Assembly: GCA_051013385.1 (NCBI GenBank)
Contig: CP143273.1
Span: forward strand, 1,472,001-1,536,000
Direction of reading: 5' to 3'
Origin: Phormidium sp.
GTDB lineage: Bacteria; Cyanobacteriota; Cyanobacteriia; Cyanobacteriales; Aerosakkonemataceae
DNA length: 64,000 bases
Within the stretch, counting starts at the first letter, position 1. Every line of letters starts with the position of its first letter. Shown in pieces: positions 58,861 through 64,000 of this stretch. Position numbers and translations under genes: made by a program. The notes beneath the pieces are model-generated. The model saw only the letters and a program-made list of their open reading frames with translations. It had not been told where the DNA came from and made no database searches.

Positions 58861-60498
58861 ATGAGCCCTAATACTTCAAATCAGATTTGGATTTACGATA
58901 CTACCCTGCGAGATGGCGCTCAACGTGAAGGACTTTGTTTGTCCTTGGAAGATAAATTGCGAATTGCTCGTCAGCTAGATGAGTTGGGAGTTCCGTTTAT
59001 CGAAGGGGGATGGCCTGGTGCTAATCCGAAGGATGTACAATTTTTCTGGAAACTTCAGGAACAACCCCTGACAAAGGCGGAAGTGACAGCTTTTTGCTCC
59101 ACAAGGCGACCGGGAACAACAGCGGCGGAAGATTCGCTGCTACAAGCGATTTTGGCGGCTGGTACTCGTTGGGTGACGATTTTCGGTAAATCGTGGGATT
59201 TGCACGTTACAGAGAGCTTGAAGACTAGTTTAGCGGAAAATTTGGCGATGATTCGAGATACGATCGAATATCTCCGCAGCCAAGGACGGCGAGTAATTTA
59301 CGATGCCGAACACTGGTTTGATGGCTATAAACGCAATCCCGAATACGCTTTGCAGACTTTGAAAACGGCTGTTGATGCTGGTGCAGAATGGCTGGTTTTC
59401 TGTGACACAAATGGTGGGACGCTTCCATCTGAAATTAGCACCATTATTGGGGAAGTGGTGGCAGCTTTACCCGAACTCAAAGGCGATTTTCCCCAAATGG
59501 GCATTCACACTCACAATGATTCTGATACCGCAGTTGCTAATGCTTTGGCTGCGGTGTTGGCTGGGGTGAAAATGGTACAGGGGACGATAAATGGTTATGG
59601 CGAACGCTGTGGTAATGCGAATCTTTGTTCTTTGATCCCCAATTTACAGTTGAAGTTGGATTATCAGTGCATTCCGGCAGAAAATTTGGCACAACTGACT
59701 CAAGTTAGCCGTTTTGTGAGCGAATTGGCGAATTTAGCACCCGACGAACACGCGCCTTTTGTCGGTTTGTCAGCGTTTGCACACAAAGGCGGAATTCATG
59801 TGAGTGCGGTGGAACGAAATCCTGTCACTTACGAGCATATTCAACCAGAAGAGGTGGGAAATCGACGGCGGATTGTGATTTCTGACCAGGCGGGGTTAAG
59901 TAATGTGTTGGCTAAAGCCCGGACTTTTGGGATTGAATTAGATAAGCAAAATCCGGCTTGTCGGCAAATTTTGGAACGGTTGAAGGTGCTAGAAAATCAA
60001 GGTTATCAGTTTGAGGCGGCTGAAGCTAGTTTTGAGTTGCTGATGCGGGAGGCTTTGGGACAACGGCAGAAGTTTTATGAACTCAAAGGATTTCAGGTTC
60101 ATTGTGATATTGTTCCCTGTGATTCTGATTCGATTTGTGTTCCTTATGCTTTGGCGACGATTAAGGTGTCGGTGAATGGTAAGGATATTTTAGAGGCTGC
60201 GGAAGGTAGTGGGCCTGTGGCGGCGTTAGATGCAGCTTTACGGAAAGCTTTAACCAATTTTTATCCGGTAATCGCTGATTTTGAGTTAACTGATTACAAG
60301 GTGAGAATTCTGGATGGGAATACGGGTACTGCGGCGAAAACTCGCGTGTTGGTTGAGTCTAGTAATGGTTTGCAACGCTGGACGACGGTGGGAGTTTCGA
60401 CGAATATTTTAGAGGCTTCTTATCAAGCTGTGGTGGAAGGTTTGGAGTATGGTTTGACGCTGCATTCTTCGGCAAAAGCGGCGTTGACTTCTTCTTAG
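58861..60498 (+). CDS. cimA: citramalate synthase
   Basis: YDTTLRDG, IEGGWPG, IFGKSWD, YDAEH, HTHND, HKGGIH, regulatory domain. Confidence 0.9.
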   Translation: MSPNTSNQIWIYDTTLRDGAQREGLCLSLEDKLRIARQLDELGVPFIEGGWPGANPKDVQFFWKLQEQPLTKAEVTAFCSTRRPGTTAAEDSLLQAILAAGTRWVTIFGKSWDLHVTESLKTSLAENLAMIRDTIEYLRSQGRRVIYDAEHWFDGYKRNPEYALQTLKTAVDAGAEWLVFCDTNGGTLPSEISTIIGEVVAALPELKGDFPQMGIHTHNDSDTAVANALAAVLAGVKMVQGTINGYGERCGNANLCSLIPNLQLKLDYQCIPAENLAQLTQVSRFVSELANLAPDEHAPFVGLSAFAHKGGIHVSAVERNPVTYEHIQPEEVGNRRRIVISDQAGLSNVLAKARTFGIELDKQNPACRQILERLKVLENQGYQFEAAEASFELLMREALGQRQKFYELKGFQVHCDIVPCDSDSICVPYALATIKVSVNGKDILEAAEGSGPVAALDAALRKALTNFYPVIADFELTDYKVRILDGNTGTAAKTRVLVESSNGLQRWTTVGVSTNILEASYQAVVEGLEYGLTLHSSAKAALTSS

Positions 60499-60852
60499 TT
60501 GAGCTTTTGGGTTGAATGAGATGAATTTTTGGGTTAAGTTCGATCGTTCAGCCCAGCTTTCATAAGTAGTTCTAATCATTAAAAATTAGCACTTATGTGG
60601 AAACGCTAAATGTAGGGGTATAATTCCTGGGCGATCGGGTAAGGCACTCTACAAATAGAGGCTTTGCCTAAGTTGTGAACTTACAGATAAATTTAAGCTA
60701 AAATGGACTAGTAGCACTTGACTGTGTTAAGCTTATTTTCTAGAAGATCGCTTCCCGATTGCACAAGACTAAACGCACAGGTACAGCAAGAAAACGGGTA
60801 AGTGATTCTTGTTCAGAATCTTTCCTAAAATAAATCAATTTTAACGGAGTGT

Positions 60853-61071
60853 ATGACTCAGCAAGTTATTCACCCAATGGTGAAGTTGCAACGTCAAGTA
60901 GGATCTCTCATAGCATCTAACTTGATCAAGCCTACTGATAGTATTTGGAAAATAGCACTACTTTATGGTGATGAATGGGCTTTTTGGAAAAAAGAGTTGC
61001 TCGATTTTGGCTTTTCAATGCAAGATCCAGTCCAGGATTTGCTGGAAGTGGAAGCTTGGGACGACGAGTAA
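60853..61071 (+). CDS. DUF4327-like small protein
   Basis: HPMVKLQRQV, PTDSIW, WDDE end. GGAG SD. Confidence 0.75.
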   Translation: MTQQVIHPMVKLQRQVGSLIASNLIKPTDSIWKIALLYGDEWAFWKKELLDFGFSMQDPVQDLLEVEAWDDE

Positions 61072-61204
61072 TATCGGTTCTCTGGAATTTGGCTACAGAT
61101 GATTGACGCGGCGATCGATCTCAAGCCAATTTTAGAGAGCTTGATATAAGTAAAAGTTTTGGCAACAATAAGATTAGTTTTTCAGTTTGACAGCCAAAAT
61201 TGAC

Positions 61205-62479
61205 TTAGATGCAGCCTGCAAGAGCGATCGCAAGTTCCTGAGCAGACTGATATCTTTCTCTCAGGTGCGGTTGGGTGGCTTTTTCAATCACCTGCCGCAA
61301 TCGCGGAGTAATCGTCGGCACATTTTCCAAGGAAAAGTAGTAAATTCGACCCCGCTGTTGATAATACTTGCGGGGACTTTCGCCAGTGAGGAGAAAAATT
61401 AGGGTAGCACCTACGGCGTAAATGTCAGATTTCGTGACGGGTTGACCTCGGTCTTGTTCCGGGGCGCTGAAACCTTCTGCACCGATGCGCGTTCCCAAGG
61501 GTGTGCCAATTTCTTTGACTGCGCCGAAGTCGAGGACTACTATTTGATTGTCTGGCGAACGAATCATCAAATTAGCTGGTTTAATGTCACGATGAATCAG
61601 TGGTGGGTCTTGTTCGTGGATATAATCCAACACTTTACAGGTTTGAATCATCCAGCCGATCGCAAGACTCGGTAAAACAGGCCCATTATTGTAAACTCGC
61701 TTTTCCAAATCTTGACCATGAATTAATTCCATCGCCAAATACTTTTTCCCCGCTTCCACAAAAAACTCGTAAAATTGGGGAATTCCGGGATGATTCAAGT
61801 TTTTCAGAGTCCTGGCTTCCCTTTCAAACAGTTCTTGGGCTTTGGCGATTTCTGCCATGTCCGCATTCATCTCTTTAAGCACCAACAACCCACCACCCGC
61901 TGCCTTTTTTCCAGGGATTTGGGGTACCCAAGCTAAATAAGTAGTACCCATTCCCCCCTGTCCCAAAATCTGTAACACCTGATATTGGCGGATCTTACGT
62001 TCGACACGCAACGGTTGACCGCAGTGGATACAAAATATGTTATTTGGGGAATTTCCCCCATGAGTGCAAATGTTTTTTGGGGGTGTAACTACTTTCGGGG
62101 GTGTAACAATTAGAGGTTGGGCGGTGGTAGTTTGAAATTGGAATTTGAGTTTTGGCCCTCCTTGAGCTAACTGAATTAATGAACCATTTCTCAGCCAAGC
62201 TTGGGAGACTAATATGCCATCTAAAAAAGTGCCGTTAGTACCTAAGTTAATCAACCGCCAAGCCGTAGAAATTAAACTGTTGCCAATTTTGGATGCAGAA
62301 ATTTCCACCATCCGCAGTTCTAGATGGTGACGGGAAACTCGGCTATCACTCAATACGACATTGTTCTCTGGAGAGCGACCGATGCGAATGATGAATTCTT
62401 TTTCAAATCGCCAGTTTTCCAGGGGAGCCGAATTTTTTGGATGTAAGAGGGTCAGTGTGACCACACCAGTCGATGTCAT
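61205..62479 (-). CDS. FHA / Zn-ribbon / Ser-Thr protein kinase
   Basis: IGRS...VSRHH...NGT (FHA), FCIHCG, GQGGMG, VLKE, HRDIKPAN, DFG, APE. Confidence 0.93.
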   Translation of the reverse strand: MTSTGVVTLTLLHPKNSAPLENWRFEKEFIIRIGRSPENNVVLSDSRVSRHHLELRMVEISASKIGNSLISTAWRLINLGTNGTFLDGILVSQAWLRNGSLIQLAQGGPKLKFQFQTTTAQPLIVTPPKVVTPPKNICTHGGNSPNNIFCIHCGQPLRVERKIRQYQVLQILGQGGMGTTYLAWVPQIPGKKAAGGGLLVLKEMNADMAEIAKAQELFEREARTLKNLNHPGIPQFYEFFVEAGKKYLAMELIHGQDLEKRVYNNGPVLPSLAIGWMIQTCKVLDYIHEQDPPLIHRDIKPANLMIRSPDNQIVVLDFGAVKEIGTPLGTRIGAEGFSAPEQDRGQPVTKSDIYAVGATLIFLLTGESPRKYYQQRGRIYYFSLENVPTITPRLRQVIEKATQPHLRERYQSAQELAIALAGCI

Positions 62480-62524
62480 TGCTCATTTAAAGCTCGGTGA
62501 ATAACAAACCCTCGACGATCGCAA

Positions 62525-64000
62525 TTAATGATTGCTTACTCTGGCTTGATCTAAATCCGGTCTGACTTTCGCCCGAATCAAGATCGCTGTAATGTTGTCA
62601 TGCCCATTGTACTGGTTAGCCAGTTCAATTAAGTCATTGACACTTTGTTCTAAATTGCTCCGCGAACTCAGGTATGGTTGGAGGTGTGTTTGCCAATGGG
62701 TTTCGATCAAGTCGTTATCCGAAAGACCATCGGAGCATAACAAGATCAGAGTATCTTCATTTAACTCAAAGAATTCTATATCGGGATCAACAAAATGTTC
62801 ATTGCGTGGCCCTAATGCTTGGGTAAGTTGGTAAGCGTCGGGACGAGAATAAGCTATTTCCCGTTCCACTCCCCGTTTAACTTCCCGTTGTCCGACCTCG
62901 TGATCGATGGTAATTTGTTCGATGCCTTGTCTGCGGCTGAGGCGGTATAGGCGGGAGTCTCCTACATGGGCAACGGCGACTTGAGTTTCTTGAATTAAAA
63001 CCATAACTAAAGTAGTACCCATGCGTCCGCTACCGGAACGGGCATCTTGTTGATTAATGTCGTAGATGACTTGGTTGGCTTTCAGGACACCTTGACGAAT
63101 ACAGTCTTCGTCTGGTAGTTCTTCGTTCCAGTGTTCTTGAAAGTATTCAAAGAGGGTTTTGACGGCTAAGGCGCTAGCAACTTCGCCTCCGGCGTGTCCG
63201 CCCATGCCATCGCAGAGGATGTACAAGCCGCGAGCTTCCATGTTGCGCCCGATCGGATTTTCAATTTTGGTAAGTTTAGTTTGGACTCCGAAGTAGTCTT
63301 CATTATGCCGTCTTTGACGACCTACGTCGGTGTTACCTGCATCTTCTAAACTTAGCAGCTGCATAGGTAAAACCACCGTAGGCATATCATCGTTACTCTC
63401 ATGGTGTGGGGAGCAAGGAATCATCGGTTCTTTATATAAGGCGGCTACTGAGGGTGGGGAAATGGTTTGATTGTTTTTAAATGGGATCGGTTCTGGTGGT
63501 GTTGGGATAGATGGAACTGATTGGCTTATATGTTCGTCGGCGATTTCTTGCAGACGCGATCGCAATTCTTGTATTGTCGAGATGGTTTCTAGCTTCAGGT
63601 CATTAATTAATACTCCGATGGGACCTAACATTGTGCGCCCAGCCTGACAATATAAGTTTTCCCAAACCCGGCCTAAGTTTGACATTTTCAGGTTACTGTC
63701 TGGTGCTTCTTTGTATAAGCGGAGAATTCCTAGAGATTGGTCTTCATCTACTCGTAAGTTGCTTAATTCTAATAAACTTTGCCGACAATGCTTCTTTTCG
63801 GTGGCGCTCCAGAGGGATGACATTTCGTGCAATATTTGTAAGGAATGAATGTCGGGAATTTGATTGTTTTTCCACAGTTCTACTAAGGTGGGCCATTGCG
63901 ATCGATCTTCTATCAGGAGGACGTAGCGCGAGTCCTCTATCCAAGCGTCGTGGAGCGTGGGTATTACGGGATCAAACTCTTCTTTCAGTTCCAGATAAGC
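62525..64000 (-). CDS. PP2C-type Ser/Thr phosphatase, 5' end outside window
   Basis: NED, CDGMGGHAGG, MGTT, VGDSR, CSDGL, GHDN. Frame is open to the window end (AYLEL...LHDAW...LIEDRS). Confidence 0.92.
   Translation of the reverse strand, partial: AYLELKEEFDPVIPTLHDAWIEDSRYVLLIEDRSQWPTLVELWKNNQIPDIHSLQILHEMSSLWSATEKKHCRQSLLELSNLRVDEDQSLGILRLYKEAPDSNLKMSNLGRVWENLYCQAGRTMLGPIGVLINDLKLETISTIQELRSRLQEIADEHISQSVPSIPTPPEPIPFKNNQTISPPSVAALYKEPMIPCSPHHESNDDMPTVVLPMQLLSLEDAGNTDVGRQRRHNEDYFGVQTKLTKIENPIGRNMEARGLYILCDGMGGHAGGEVASALAVKTLFEYFQEHWNEELPDEDCIRQGVLKANQVIYDINQQDARSGSGRMGTTLVMVLIQETQVAVAHVGDSRLYRLSRRQGIEQITIDHEVGQREVKRGVEREIAYSRPDAYQLTQALGPRNEHFVDPDIEFFELNEDTLILLCSDGLSDNDLIETHWQTHLQPYLSSRSNLEQSVNDLIELANQYNGHDNITAILIRAKVRPDLDQARVSNH

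Larger units (their letters stand above)
1..64000. repeat. dispersed HIP1 octamer GCGATCGC
   Basis: Dozens of copies in genes and intergenic DNA despite an AT-rich background. Confidence 0.95.

Noticed and set aside
1..64000. rRNA, tRNA, prophage or autonomous transposase
   Set aside because: None recognised by eye. Small RNAs could be missed without covariance-model searches.

Overview
Chromosomal window of a filamentous cyanobacterium. The taxon is inferred from abundant HIP1 (GCGATCGC), STRR-type heptamer/octamer tandem repeats and a phycocyanin operon. Most of the window is ordinary core genes: tab2, avtA, rimM, gpmA, a multi-PAS/GAF histidine kinase, Mn-catalase, cbiX-cobA, rluD, cpcBACDEFG1G2G4-like, psb29, cpcT, hemF, mrp, rodA, ndhS, a cation/H+ antiporter, pentapeptide-repeat genes, ABC-F, GHL10, a Ski2-like helicase, psb34, thiG/thiO, cimA and an FHA-kinase/PP2C pair. 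The intergenic DNA is full of small repeats (MITE-like, REP-like, HIP1-targeted). The first ~9.5 kb is an accessory patch: two NB-ARC paralogs lacking a sensor domain, a Phd-VapC toxin-antitoxin cassette between direct repeats with TA remnants, a three-gene operon, and a ClpP with a signal-peptide-like N-terminus. The best candidate for an undescribed system is the three-gene operon. The C-terminus of its membrane protein and the N-terminus of the next small helical protein share a 24-aa beta/Gly/Asn motif (N-x-x-[VI]-x-x-DNxGNIVVGx[IV]xGxVx[TS]K) that is conserved at protein but not codon level. This resembles paired amyloid-signalling motifs (RHIM/BASS-like), and the operon is divergent from an NB-ARC gene. 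I recognised no rRNA, tRNA, CRISPR array or transposase. All family names come from recalled motifs, not database searches.
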